This document shows positions 1-11,672 of a stretch of 64,000 nucleotides of DNA, one piece after another (the first letter of the stretch is position 1; the number at the start of each line of letters is the position of its first letter). Below the pieces are notes generated by a model. It searched no databases and was not told where the DNA came from. It was given only the letters and a program-made list of their open reading frames with translations. Origin of the DNA: a phage. Location: the sequence record PZ583738.1. The stretch is one strand, 5' to 3'. A program made the translations under genes and the position numbers.

Positions 1-1393
<1,393 letters not shown>

Positions 1394-1394
<1 letters not shown>

Positions 1395-1459
1395 TGAAAA
1401 TTCAAATTGCTGGCCTTTTATTCCTGGCTGTAATGGTCGGGCTTAACTTCTTACTATGA
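1394..1459 (+). CDS. hypothetical 21-codon hydrophobic micro-ORF (MKIQIAGLLFLAVMVGLNFLL)
   Basis: ATG overlaps td stop (TAATG) and its stop overlaps the next ATG (ATGA); single predicted TM-like helix; not in ORF track (too short). Confidence 0.25.
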
Positions 1460-1755
1460 AAGCCTGTCGGGTTGTTAACAAATATCAATCCGACTTTGAT
1501 GTGAATATTCAACGGGGTACCATGTGGGGAAACCCATATAAAGATGGTACCCGAGAAGAAAACATAAAGAACTTTAAAGAATATTTCATAGCAAAGATTA
1601 AATCGGGCGAAATCAAAAGAGAACACCTTGAAACCCTTCGCGGAATGCGATTAGCTTGTACATGCAAACCAAAAGCATGTCATGGGGATATCATCGCTCT
1701 GGTCGTTAACAAACTTTTCAAAGACACCTTTTCGCTCGAGGATTTGGGCGCATAA
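1456..1755 (+). CDS. hypothetical protein, DUF4326-like (WGNPY ... CTCKPKACHGD motifs); nrdA.2 position
   Basis: 99-aa ORF; motif pattern recalled for DUF4326; synteny between td and nrdA. Confidence 0.6.
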   Translation: MKACRVVNKYQSDFDVNIQRGTMWGNPYKDGTREENIKNFKEYFIAKIKSGEIKREHLETLRGMRLACTCKPKACHGDIIALVVNKLFKDTFSLEDLGA

Positions 1756-1763
1756 ATACGATT

Positions 1764-1788
1764 CCGCTTCAGGGCACTGTGATATAAT
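1764..1788 (+). promoter_or_regulatory. middle-type promoter (partial MotA box CGCTTCA, ~11-nt spacer, TATAAT)
   Basis: Sequence read directly; upstream of ORF 1815; coordinates +/-2. Confidence 0.4.
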
Positions 1789-1814
1789 TATTTAAAATTT
1801 AATGAGAGGAAATT

Positions 1815-2060
1815 ATGAATTTACGATTTAAACGCCAGTCAGGCGAAGTCATTTTTGAAATGCCACAATTTACCGAACAGGATTTACCTGCACCAAATTC
1901 TTATATCACTATTGACGGAATCAAATTTCTGGCCAAACGACATGAACGTGTCTACTGTCATGATTCAGCCGGTGACGTCCAGTCATATTTTGACATCACT
2001 GTCCAGTCAGAAGAAGAATATAATGATGAAATGACTTCGGAACTACCAGAGACAATTTAA
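1815..2060 (+). CDS. hypothetical protein (nrdA.1 position)
   Basis: 81-aa ORF with GAGAGGA RBS and upstream promoter-like element; synteny. Confidence 0.55.
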   Translation: MNLRFKRQSGEVIFEMPQFTEQDLPAPNSYITIDGIKFLAKRHERVYCHDSAGDVQSYFDITVQSEEEYNDEMTSELPETI

Positions 2061-2093
2061 GGTTCCCAACCCTTTTGAACTATAGAGGAAAAC

Positions 2094-4349
2094 ATGCAAG
2101 TACAAAAAAGTAGTGGTGTATCTCAAGATTTTGATGGCCAGAAAATTATTAAAGTTCTTTCCTGGTCATGTGAAGGAACTAATATCGACCCGTATGAATT
2201 ATACGAAACAATCAAACCACATCTGCGCGATGGCATGACTACTCGCGATATTCAGACGGTTATCATCAAAGTATCCGCTGGGCTTATTTCGGTTGAAGAA
2301 CCAGATTACCAATATGTTGCAGCCAAAGCTACGATGTTTGCTCTGCGTAAAGATGTTTATGGCCAGTTTGAGCCACGTTCTTTTATTGACCAGATTTCTT
2401 ATTGTGTTAATGAAGGTAAATATGACCCAGAGCTGTTGTCAAGCTACTCAGCTGAAGAGATTACTTACCTGGAATCTCGTATTAAGCACGAACGCGATTT
2501 TGACCTGACTTATGCAGGCGCGATGCAGCTTAAAGAGAAATACCTGGTTAAAGATAAAACCACTGGGAAAATCTATGAGACTCCACAGTTCGCTATCATG
2601 GCCATCGGCATGGCACTGCACCAGGATGAACCAACGGACCGTCTGAAGCACATTTGCCGTTTTTATGATGCAGTATCTACGCAGCAGATTTCGTTGCCCA
2701 CACCTATCATGGCGGGCGCCAGAACACCTACCCGACAGTTCAGTTCGTGTGTGGTTATCGAAGCTGCGGACTCCCTGAAGTCAATTAATAAGACTGCTAA
2801 TTCAATCATCGAATATATCAGCAAGCGTGCAGGTATTGGTATCAACGTTGGCATGATTCGTGCTGAAGGTTCGAAAATCGGTATGGGTGAAGTCAAGCAT
2901 ACTGGTGTTATTCCGTTCTGGAAACATTTCCAAACGGCTGTTAAATCATGTTCACAAGGTGGAATCCGTGGCGGCGCTGCTACTGCTTATTATCCTATTT
3001 GGCATTTGGAAGTTGAAAATTTACTCGTTCTGAAGAACAACAAGGGCGTTGAAGAAAACCGCATCAGACATATGGACTATGGTGTCCAGCTGAATAACCT
3101 GATGATGGAACGACTGGCTAAGAATGATTACATCACTCTGTTTAGTCCACACGAAGCTGGCAGTGAATTGTATTATTCATATTTTGATAACCCGGATAAA
3201 TTCCGCGAGTTATATGAAGCCTTAGAAAAAGACCCGACTGTTCGCAAGAAACGCATCAAAGCAAAAGATGTATTTGAATTATTCATGACCGAACGTTCCG
3301 GTACAGCCCGCGTTTATCCGCAGTTCGTTGATAACGTGAATGACTACACTCCGTTCATCCGTGACAAGGCTCCGATTCGTCAATCAAACCTTTGCTGTGA
3401 AATTGCAATCCCGACCACTGATGTAAACAGCGAAGATGCTGAAATCGGATTGTGCACGCTATCAGCATTTGTTCTGGATAGTTTTGACTGGCAGGACCAA
3501 GATAAGATTAACGAGCTGGCTGAAGTTCAAGTTCGTGCTCTTGATAACCTGTTGGACTATCAGGGTTATCCGGTTAAAGAAGCTCTGAAAGCCAAAAAAC
3601 GCCGCAACCTGGGTGTTGGGGTTACTAACTATGCTGCATGGTTGGCAAGCAATTTCGCTTCCTACGCTGATGCAAACGATTTAACGCATGAACTGTTCGA
3701 GAGATTACAATATGGCCTTATCCGAGCATCAATCAAGCTCGCCAAAGAAAAAGGACCTTGCGAATATTATTCAGACACTCGTTGGGCTCGAGGCGAATTA
3801 CCTATCGACTGGTACAATAAAAAGATTGACCAAATCGCAGCTCCAAACTACGTTTGTGACTGGGCGCAGTTGCGGGAAGACCTGGTTGAACATGGCATCC
3901 GTAATAGCACATTATCAGCACTTATGCCTTGTGAGTCATCTTCCCAAGTTTCTAACAGTACAAACGGTATCGAACCTCCGCGTGGACCAGTCTCTATTAA
4001 AGAGTCAAAAGAGGGTTCCTTTAATCAAGTCGTGCCCAATATTGAGCACAATAAAGGATTGTACGATTACGCATGGGTGCTAGCTAAGCAAGGTAACAAA
4101 CCTTATCTGACCCAAGTCGCGATTATGTTGAAATGGATTTGTCAGTCAGCATCAGCCAATACATATTATGACCCGCAGAATTATCCGAAAGGAAAAGTTC
4201 CGATGTCAGTTATGCTTGACGACTTGATGTACAGTTGGTATTTTGGTCTCAAGAATTTATATTATCATAATTCTCGTGATGGTTCTGGTCAAGATGATTA
4301 CGAAATTGAAGTTCCAAAAGCAGATGATTGCTCGGCATGTAAACTGTAA
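2094..4349 (+). CDS. nrdA: aerobic ribonucleoside-diphosphate reductase large subunit
   Basis: 751-aa ORF; class Ia RNR alpha features (ATP-cone N-terminus, C-terminal CSACKL-type tail); colinear with T4 NrdA. Confidence 0.96.
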   Translation: MQVQKSSGVSQDFDGQKIIKVLSWSCEGTNIDPYELYETIKPHLRDGMTTRDIQTVIIKVSAGLISVEEPDYQYVAAKATMFALRKDVYGQFEPRSFIDQISYCVNEGKYDPELLSSYSAEEITYLESRIKHERDFDLTYAGAMQLKEKYLVKDKTTGKIYETPQFAIMAIGMALHQDEPTDRLKHICRFYDAVSTQQISLPTPIMAGARTPTRQFSSCVVIEAADSLKSINKTANSIIEYISKRAGIGINVGMIRAEGSKIGMGEVKHTGVIPFWKHFQTAVKSCSQGGIRGGAATAYYPIWHLEVENLLVLKNNKGVEENRIRHMDYGVQLNNLMMERLAKNDYITLFSPHEAGSELYYSYFDNPDKFRELYEALEKDPTVRKKRIKAKDVFELFMTERSGTARVYPQFVDNVNDYTPFIRDKAPIRQSNLCCEIAIPTTDVNSEDAEIGLCTLSAFVLDSFDWQDQDKINELAEVQVRALDNLLDYQGYPVKEALKAKKRRNLGVGVTNYAAWLASNFASYADANDLTHELFERLQYGLIRASIKLAKEKGPCEYYSDTRWARGELPIDWYNKKIDQIAAPNYVCDWAQLREDLVEHGIRNSTLSALMPCESSSQVSNSTNGIEPPRGPVSIKESKEGSFNQVVPNIEHNKGLYDYAWVLAKQGNKPYLTQVAIMLKWICQSASANTYYDPQNYPKGKVPMSVMLDDLMYSWYFGLKNLYYHNSRDGSGQDDYEIEVPKADDCSACKL

Positions 4350-5074
4350 TGAATTATAAGAAAATATATGATTCTCTAATTGAGAGGCGGAAAGCCTCTC
4401 CTTTAGAAGGCTATACCGAATCCCATCATATTATTCCCAAATGCATGGGCGGCACAGATGACAAATCCAATTTAGTTAAATTATCAGCTCGAGAACATTT
4501 CGTTGCGCATCAATTACTGTACAAAATATATAGAACTCATGGATTACTTTGTGCTATTACATTAATGTGTACGGATAAATTTGGTAATAGATTGAATAAT
4601 CGATTATATGAATGGCATAGACTTAGATTTGCAGAGTCCTCTTCCAAACATATGAAAGAATATTTTAAAAATAATCCACATCCAAAGGGAATGTTAGGTA
4701 AGCATCATTCCGATAAATCTAAAGAACAAGTTTCAATTGCAAATAGAACTTCGGTTCCATCAATTAAAATTTTCAAATTTGATTTAGCCGGAAAATTTAT
4801 TGAAAGCTTCCAGTCAATTGCCGAAGCTGCTCGGCATGTTAACGGTAATGCATCAAATCTAAAATATTGTGCAGAAGGGAAATTCCAATATGCATATGGA
4901 TTCAGATGGTCATATAAACCGGATGCAACCTTTGCAGAAGTCAAGGACCGAGCATATAAAGGAATACGCGGTAAAATTTGGATTAATGATGGCTCATCTT
5001 GTACGCTTATAGAAAAGGGTGGTATTATACCTTCAGGTTGGAAACGTGGAAGAATTTTAAAGAGGAAAAATTAA
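4349..5074 (+). CDS. mobE: freestanding HNH homing endonuclease (MobE-like) between nrdA and nrdB
   Basis: HNH motif (ESHHIIPK...GG.D...N...REH..AH) at N-terminus; C-terminal NUMOD1-like helix (FQSIAEAARHVNGNASNLKYCAEGK...GFRW); same position as T4 mobE; start overlaps nrdA stop, stop overlaps nrdB start. Confidence 0.85.
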   Translation: MNYKKIYDSLIERRKASPLEGYTESHHIIPKCMGGTDDKSNLVKLSAREHFVAHQLLYKIYRTHGLLCAITLMCTDKFGNRLNNRLYEWHRLRFAESSSKHMKEYFKNNPHPKGMLGKHHSDKSKEQVSIANRTSVPSIKIFKFDLAGKFIESFQSIAEAARHVNGNASNLKYCAEGKFQYAYGFRWSYKPDATFAEVKDRAYKGIRGKIWINDGSSCTLIEKGGIIPSGWKRGRILKRKN

Positions 5075-6252
5075 TGAGTACAGTTTTTAATACCACTCCG
5101 GTGAATGTTTTAGCCGAGCCGATGTTCTTCGGTTCTGGATTGGGCATCGCCCGTTATGATATCCAGCGACACAAACAGTTTGAAGAGTTGACAGAGCGTC
5201 AACTCTCGTACTTCTGGCGGCCCGAGGAAGTCAACCTGATGATGGATGGAGCCCAATTTAATAAGCTTCCTGAACATCAACAAAATATTTTTACCAACAA
5301 CCTGAAATACCAATCACTTCTGGATAGTATCCAGGGACGTGCTCCAGCTGCAGCATTAGCCGCATTAGTTTCCGACCCGAGTCTTGATACATGGATTCAG
5401 ACCTGGACATTCAGCGAGACAATTCACTCTCGTTCTTATACGCACATCATGCGAAATCTCTATACTGACCCGGCGAAGGTATTCGACGAAATCCTGTTAG
5501 ATGATGCAATCATGAAGCGCGCAGAATCCATTGGTCATTACTATGATGATGTTCTGAATAAAACTCGTCAATGGCAAAACCAGATTGCTTTTGTTGAACT
5601 GGCCAAAGAAACTCCCGAAGCAGATGAACGTTTGGAACGGGCTATCAAACAAGAAGCTATTGCCAAACGAGCATTGATGAAGTCTCTTTATCTCTGCCTG
5701 CATGTCATTAATGCCCTGGAAGCTATTCGTTTTTATGTATCTTTCGCATGTACTTTCAACTTCCATAAGAACATGGAAATCATGGAAGGCAATGCGAAGA
5801 TAATGAAGTTCATCGCCCGTGATGAACAGCTCCACCTTAAGGGGACCCAATATATTCTTCGTCAGCTGCAGACTGGTGTTGACGGTGACGAATGGGTTAA
5901 AATCGCGCACGAATGTGAAGCAGAAGCCGCAGCCATTTTCATGGAAGTTAATCGCCAGGAAAAAGAATGGGCCATGCATCTGTTTAAAGATGGTGGACTC
6001 CCTGGGTTGAGCGTCGAGATTCTTAACCGGTTCATCGATTACCTTACAGTTTCTCGTATGAAGCAATGCGGTCTCCCGTGTGAAATCGTGTTAGAATCTA
6101 CTAAGCACCCGATTCCATGGATTCGCGAATATCTTAACTCTGATAATGTGCAATCTGCACCACAAGAAGTTGAGTTGTCTGCTTACCTGGTAGCCCAGAT
6201 TGACAATGACGTCGATGAGAATGTTCTTGCTGGTTTCCGTAAATATCTATAA
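5074..6252 (+). CDS. nrdB: ribonucleoside-diphosphate reductase small subunit, uninterrupted (no intron)
   Basis: N-terminus MSTVFNTTPVNVLAEPMFFG matches T4 NrdB; ORF-track start at 4999 rejected in favour of the ATG at 5074 that overlaps the mobE stop. Confidence 0.95.
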   Translation: MSTVFNTTPVNVLAEPMFFGSGLGIARYDIQRHKQFEELTERQLSYFWRPEEVNLMMDGAQFNKLPEHQQNIFTNNLKYQSLLDSIQGRAPAAALAALVSDPSLDTWIQTWTFSETIHSRSYTHIMRNLYTDPAKVFDEILLDDAIMKRAESIGHYYDDVLNKTRQWQNQIAFVELAKETPEADERLERAIKQEAIAKRALMKSLYLCLHVINALEAIRFYVSFACTFNFHKNMEIMEGNAKIMKFIARDEQLHLKGTQYILRQLQTGVDGDEWVKIAHECEAEAAAIFMEVNRQEKEWAMHLFKDGGLPGLSVEILNRFIDYLTVSRMKQCGLPCEIVLESTKHPIPWIREYLNSDNVQSAPQEVELSAYLVAQIDNDVDENVLAGFRKYL

Positions 6253-6256
6253 GGAA

Positions 6257-6274
6257 AGGGCTTCGGCCCTTTTT
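6257..6274 (+). terminator. hairpin (AGGGC-TTCG-GCCCT) plus T5 between nrdB and denA
   Basis: Read directly; T-run abuts denA RBS region. Confidence 0.55.
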
Positions 6275-6278
6275 GCCC

Positions 6279-6689
6279 ATGAAACAAATCGCTGATGAAT
6301 ACAGTTTTATAAAATACGCGGAGTTAGAGTTAGTCGATGGTAAAATCCCTATCCTTACTCTCGCAAACAAGAAAAATGTTATCTATGCTATTTCAGTTGA
6401 TGATGAACTAGTGTATATTGGTAAGACGAACAACCTTAAGAAGCGTATCAACTATTACCGGACTGCAATTAACCGAATCGAACAGACGAGTGATTCAAAC
6501 AAATCCCGGATGATACATGAAGCTTTACAAGAAGGTAAAAAGGTGATATTCTATGCACGACAATGTTTCAATCTGTCAATGACCAATGAACTTGGCACAA
6601 TGTCAGTCGAAACGATGTCTCTAGAAGAGCCGATGTTCATCAAGCTTTTTAATCCCCCGTGGAATTACCAACATAAGGTGAAGAAATGA
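6279..6689 (+). CDS. denA: endonuclease II
   Basis: 136 aa from ATG at 6279 (MKQIADEYSFIKY...GKTNNLKKRINYYRTAINR) closely matches T4 DenA; track start 6273 is a TTG. Confidence 0.93.
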   Translation: MKQIADEYSFIKYAELELVDGKIPILTLANKKNVIYAISVDDELVYIGKTNNLKKRINYYRTAINRIEQTSDSNKSRMIHEALQEGKKVIFYARQCFNLSMTNELGTMSVETMSLEEPMFIKLFNPPWNYQHKVKK

Positions 6690-7822
6690 TTGAATTATAT
6701 GATAACTTAATGAAGCTTTGCGCCGAATCCGATAAAGGTAAGTTTTTCTATACGGATTTTGTTTCTCCATTTGAAACTAAGTTCCGCATCTTTAGCTATA
6801 ACTATGCTTCCTATAGTGATTGGCTTCTTGATGATGCGCTGGAGTGCCGTGGCATTATGTTTGAAATGGATGACAATGGTCCAGTTCGCATTGCTGCCCG
6901 TCCTATGGAAAAATTCTTTAATCTGGGTGAGAATCCAATGACCATGGACCTTAACCTTGATGAGGTTGTCCTGGTTACTGCAAAAGCTGATGGTAGCTTG
7001 GTTTCTACTTATATGGACCAGACTAATATCGCCTTTAAATCCAAAGGGTCAATCAAAAGCTCCCAAGCTGCTGAATCCTTGCAGGTGTTTAAACAAGAGC
7101 ATCGCAGTGCATTCAGGGCTCGCGTAACTGAAATCACTGAAGCTGGTTATACATGCAATATGGAATATGTTGCACCAACCAACCGCATTGTTTTGCCTTA
7201 CCAGGAACGTGACCTGATTTTACTGAACGTTCGTCATAATGAAACTGGCGAATATATTCCTTATCGGGAATTGTTCAAAGATGCTGCACTCCGTCCTTTC
7301 CTGGTTGAAGCATATGACCTGGCGAGCATTGAGAATGTTCGTGGTATGAAAGAGATTGAAGGTTTCGTCTATGAGCTGGCAAGTGGTCAGAAGTTCAAGC
7401 TGAAAACAGAATGGTATTGTGCTCTGCATCATACTAAAGACTCCATTAATAATAATGAGCGTCTGTTTGAAGTTGTTGTTGCTGGCGGGGCAGATGATGT
7501 TATTGCCATGTTTACTGGCGATACTTATGCTCGTGAAAAAGTTACTGCCTTTACTGTAACGCATCTGGATTATCTGTCCAATACACTGGGATTATTGCTT
7601 GATGCTCAGAAACAATTGGCAGGAAAAGACCGCCGCGAGTTTGCGATTAAAGGTCAAGAGTTGTGCAAACCATACCCGGGATTGTTCTCCGTATTAATGA
7701 ACACCTATCAACGCCCACAGGAAACTGAACAAACGATTGCTCAAATCAATAAAGTTTTCCTTAAAAATCATAAACTTTACATTCCGTCGGACTACCAAGC
7801 GGAAGTAATCCTTCCTGAATAA
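6686..7822 (+). CDS. rnlA: RNA ligase 1 (gene 63)
   Basis: 378 aa; KADGSL ligase motif I region and colinearity with T4 Rnl1 (IFSYNYASYSDWLL...ALECRGIMFEMD). Confidence 0.95.
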   Translation: MIELYDNLMKLCAESDKGKFFYTDFVSPFETKFRIFSYNYASYSDWLLDDALECRGIMFEMDDNGPVRIAARPMEKFFNLGENPMTMDLNLDEVVLVTAKADGSLVSTYMDQTNIAFKSKGSIKSSQAAESLQVFKQEHRSAFRARVTEITEAGYTCNMEYVAPTNRIVLPYQERDLILLNVRHNETGEYIPYRELFKDAALRPFLVEAYDLASIENVRGMKEIEGFVYELASGQKFKLKTEWYCALHHTKDSINNNERLFEVVVAGGADDVIAMFTGDTYAREKVTAFTVTHLDYLSNTLGLLLDAQKQLAGKDRREFAIKGQELCKPYPGLFSVLMNTYQRPQETEQTIAQINKVFLKNHKLYIPSDYQAEVILPE

Positions 7823-7825
7823 TAA

Positions 7826-7850
7826 AAAAGGGGTGTACAAGCCCCTTCTT
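7826..7850 (+). terminator. hairpin (AAGGGG...CCCCTT) after rnlA, embedding an early promoter -35
   Basis: Weak T-run (CTTCTTTCT). Confidence 0.45.
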
Positions 7851-7862
7851 TCTATACATAAT
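7833..7862 (+). promoter_or_regulatory. early promoter (GTGTAC -35, 18-nt spacer, CATAAT -10)
   Basis: -35 lies inside the loop of the post-rnlA hairpin; upstream of the alc-paralog ORF. Confidence 0.55.
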
Positions 7863-7893
7863 GGTTCCATCAACTACTGATGAGGACCAAAAC

Positions 7894-8127
7894 ATGTTAA
7901 ACTTAATTACAAATGACAGAGTTACACAGGCATATGGTGACAGAAATGATGGAATCTATGTCTATAAGGGAGACCGCCGGATTGGTTTCATTACTGACCT
8001 AAAGGCCAAATTGTTAAAAGAACTGAAAGCTCAAACAGGTGATTCCGGGTTTAGAGCAAGAGCCAAAAAGAAAGATGAGCGCCTGGGTGCCAACTCTTTT
8101 GGTCCCCGGGGTTATAACCGCTACTAA
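7894..8127 (+). CDS. hypothetical protein, paralog of the Alc N-terminal region
   Basis: 77 aa from internal ATG with GAGGA RBS; shares YGDR(N/H)DGIYVYKG..IG..TDL..KL block with the downstream alc-like ORF, then a Lys/Arg-rich tail. Confidence 0.5.
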   Translation: MLNLITNDRVTQAYGDRNDGIYVYKGDRRIGFITDLKAKLLKELKAQTGDSGFRARAKKKDERLGANSFGPRGYNRY

Positions 8128-8140
8128 TGAGGAAAATATT

Positions 8141-8644
8141 ATGGATATGCAACTGATTTCAAATGAAATGATTGTCAATGAATATGGTGACCGTCATGAC
8201 GGAATTTATGTCTATAAAGGGACCAAGAAAATTGGTCTTATGACTGACCTGCGGAAAAAACTCGCCTCTAACAAAAAGTTGAAGGCGAAACAAAAAGAAT
8301 ATCGCGATAAAAAATCAGAAGAGCGGAAAGAAGCACTGCATGAATCTGTTCCTGAAATGGTTGAATTCTTAAAGAACCATTTGGTTAAATATGATGCAGA
8401 AGTGTTCATTAACCAGACCCAACCTAATGTACATATCAATGGATGTGTTTGTTATGTTGTGGTTGAACCCCTGACACTTCAACACCGCCTGGGAATTAAA
8501 CACCCAGTGTTAACCCAGGATGATATGGCGGATGAAGTTGGTAATCAGTTCCGCATTTCAGCGTCTGACAGTACAAATCACATCCTCCTGAATGGTTTAT
8601 CCCAGGATGATATTGTTGAGGTAATCATCAAGTTATGCAAATAA
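8141..8644 (+). CDS. alc: Alc-like protein (host transcription terminator for cytosine-containing DNA)
   Basis: 167 aa from ATG at 8141 with GAGGA RBS; size and position between rnlA and the spanins match T4 alc; sequence identity to T4 Alc not verified. Confidence 0.65.
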   Translation: MDMQLISNEMIVNEYGDRHDGIYVYKGTKKIGLMTDLRKKLASNKKLKAKQKEYRDKKSEERKEALHESVPEMVEFLKNHLVKYDAEVFINQTQPNVHINGCVCYVVVEPLTLQHRLGIKHPVLTQDDMADEVGNQFRISASDSTNHILLNGLSQDDIVEVIIKLCK

Positions 8645-8988
8645 GTAATCTCACTGCAGGGCTTATGCTCGCCCTGGTAGTAACTGCTGGTAGTGGTTTC
8701 TATCTAAAAGCAAAAGTAGATAATCTCAAGACAGAGGTGGCTGCGGTCACCAAAGTTGCAGAAGATAACGCGAAAAATCTGCAATCAGTAAAAGACCAAA
8801 TTAATCAAATTAATCTCCTTGACCAGGAGCGGCAGGAATATGTTGAACTTCTGCAGAAGGAAAATGATAAACTCCGTGCAGATGCAAAACGTACTAAGGT
8901 TGTGGTAGCGAAGCCTAAATTAGTTGAAAAACAGATTAATCAGTCTTTTGATAAGTTCGCCCGGGACTTCCAGGAGCTCACCAAATGA
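8635..8988 (+). CDS. i-spanin (PseT.3-like)
   Basis: N-terminal TM segment (LTAGLMLALVVTAGSGF) followed by coiled-coil-rich periplasmic region; precedes lipoprotein ORF; T4 pseT.3 position. Confidence 0.75.
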   Translation: MQISNLTAGLMLALVVTAGSGFYLKAKVDNLKTEVAAVTKVAEDNAKNLQSVKDQINQINLLDQERQEYVELLQKENDKLRADAKRTKVVVAKPKLVEKQINQSFDKFARDFQELTK

Positions 8989-9275
8989 TGAAATCTATCA
9001 TGGCAGTATGTTTGGCTATTGGACTCGTTTCATGTGCCCAGAAGCCCGTTGTGGAGCCCACAATCCAAGTTCATCCCAATTGGCCTGTTGCATTGGCTGA
9101 TTACAAACAGCAATGGGAAGTTAAGGTAATTGAGGGTCAAGCCTGGGTTGGTATGCCTTTTGAAGCATCGCAAGAATTCCGGATTTGGATGAATGATGTA
9201 AAAAGATATGTACATGACCAAAAAGGTATGTTATGTTATTATCGTTCTGAACTAAAAGAGGAACGTTGTAAATGA
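8985..9275 (+). CDS. o-spanin lipoprotein (PseT.2-like)
   Basis: Signal peptide with lipobox (AIGLVSC); 96 aa; start overlaps i-spanin stop; T4 pseT.2 position. Confidence 0.8.
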   Translation: MMKSIMAVCLAIGLVSCAQKPVVEPTIQVHPNWPVALADYKQQWEVKVIEGQAWVGMPFEASQEFRIWMNDVKRYVHDQKGMLCYYRSELKEERCK

Positions 9276-9378
9276 TAGAGAACTGTAGCCTTGGTTGGGA
9301 TATTGTTAGATTTGGTGCATTCTGTTTTTGTTTTGGAATTGCGGCCACTTTATGTGTTCAAGGTCTTTTTGGAAAGTA

Positions 9379-9408
9379 GTGTACAAACTCATGGGAGCAG
9401 AGTATAAT
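9379..9408 (+). promoter_or_regulatory. early promoter (GTGTAC -35, TATAAT -10)
   Basis: Upstream of ORF 9442. Confidence 0.5.
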
Positions 9409-9441
9409 GCTCCTACGGATTATAAAATTGGGGAAATTATT

Positions 9442-10663
<1,222 letters not shown>

Positions 10664-10664
<1 letters not shown>

Positions 10665-10864
10665 TGGGCTATTATTGCGATACCTGGGCCATTGTTAATA
10701 TTACCAATCAGAAAAAGATTGTAGTTATTGACGGCCGTTTCTATACGTTCAGTAACGAATCAGACGCCTGGGAAGAATGTCTCCGATTGAAAAAATTGAA
10801 TCCCGAGGTCGAGCTTACTGTAAAACAAACTCGAATCCAATTACCATGGAAAACTTATGAATAA
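10664..10864 (+). CDS. hypothetical protein (cd.x region)
   Basis: 66-aa ORF, start overlaps pseT stop; tightly packed early gene array. Confidence 0.5.
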
Positions 10865-11054
10865 CATTGAAAAAATTTTTCGCACAATCGAAGAGATTGA
10901 AAAACGTTACGAATACTTTTTCAGCGTATGGCCTTTAACTGATGGACGTATTGGCCTGGATGTAATGGACTATAAAGATGAAGACAAGGTCGATGGCGGT
11001 ATCTTTAAATCCGCTCCAGAACTCTTGGCCTTCTTGGAAGAACATTATGTATAA
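10857..11054 (+). CDS. hypothetical protein
   Basis: 65-aa ORF overlapping neighbours by a few nt (translational coupling). Confidence 0.5.
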   Translation: MNNIEKIFRTIEEIEKRYEYFFSVWPLTDGRIGLDVMDYKDEDKVDGGIFKSAPELLAFLEEHYV

Positions 11055-11262
11055 CAAACACCATGAAGTTGAAGAAGAAGCTTATAAAGAGCTTCAGAAA
11101 CTGGTAGGTCAGAATATGTCTCCTGCTCTTATCAATAACCTGGCTGCACTGCGTAATGACATCAACGAACGGTACAAGGGCGAATATTATGTTGAATTCG
11201 TTCCGCTGACTGAAGTCATTGACCGATTTATCGTTAATGTCAAGGTGCATACCGTCCATTAA
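11047..11262 (+). CDS. hypothetical protein
   Basis: ATG at 11047 overlaps previous stop (ATGTATAA); track start 10978 would overlap the upstream ORF extensively. Confidence 0.45.
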   Translation: MYNKHHEVEEEAYKELQKLVGQNMSPALINNLAALRNDINERYKGEYYVEFVPLTEVIDRFIVNVKVHTVH

Positions 11263-11287
11263 CGCTTTAAAAATTTTATGGTATAAT
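11263..11287 (+). promoter_or_regulatory. middle promoter (MotA box GCTTTA, 12-nt spacer, TATAAT) with GGGGTCTAGG extension
   Basis: Matches T4 middle promoter architecture; upstream of ORF 11334. Confidence 0.55.
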
Positions 11288-11333
11288 GGGGTCTAGGTCC
11301 TTTGGATACCCCAATAACTAAGCGAGAAAAGAA

Positions 11334-11612
11334 ATGTTTCCTACATATTCTGAAATTGTTAAAGTACTTTTTAGTCAGATTGTATCTGATTATCTATACG
11401 AAAGCGTCGACGTGTCGACTGAACTAAAAGTGCACGGTCGTTTGTCTGCTATTCTGGAAATCATGTTCCCGGATGCAGTTGATGCAATCACTGTTCAACT
11501 CACGCCTGGTGCAGCATTTGCAATTGTTCCGTTTAAAATTGATAACCACATTTTGGCTATTTCATGCAAAATGGACTTCCAGAAACAAACGGTAGTTGTC
11601 GAAGCAATTTAA
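11334..11612 (+). CDS. hypothetical protein
   Basis: 92-aa ORF downstream of a MotA-box/TATAAT middle-type promoter. Confidence 0.55.
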   Translation: MFPTYSEIVKVLFSQIVSDYLYESVDVSTELKVHGRLSAILEIMFPDAVDAITVQLTPGAAFAIVPFKIDNHILAISCKMDFQKQTVVVEAI

Positions 11613-11614
11613 GT

Positions 11615-11643
11615 GTTTACTTTCACCACGGATGGTGTATAAT
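11615..11643 (+). promoter_or_regulatory. early promoter (GTTTAC -35, 17-nt spacer, TATAAT -10)
   Basis: Upstream of ORF 11673. Confidence 0.6.
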
Positions 11644-11672
11644 GAATTTCATCAACACATGAGGAAAACAAA

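Noticed and set aside
4999-5073. N-terminal extension of nrdB suggested by the ORF track
   Set aside because: Would overlap mobE by 75 nt; the T4-like NrdB N-terminus (MSTVFNT...) starts at the ATG at 5074.
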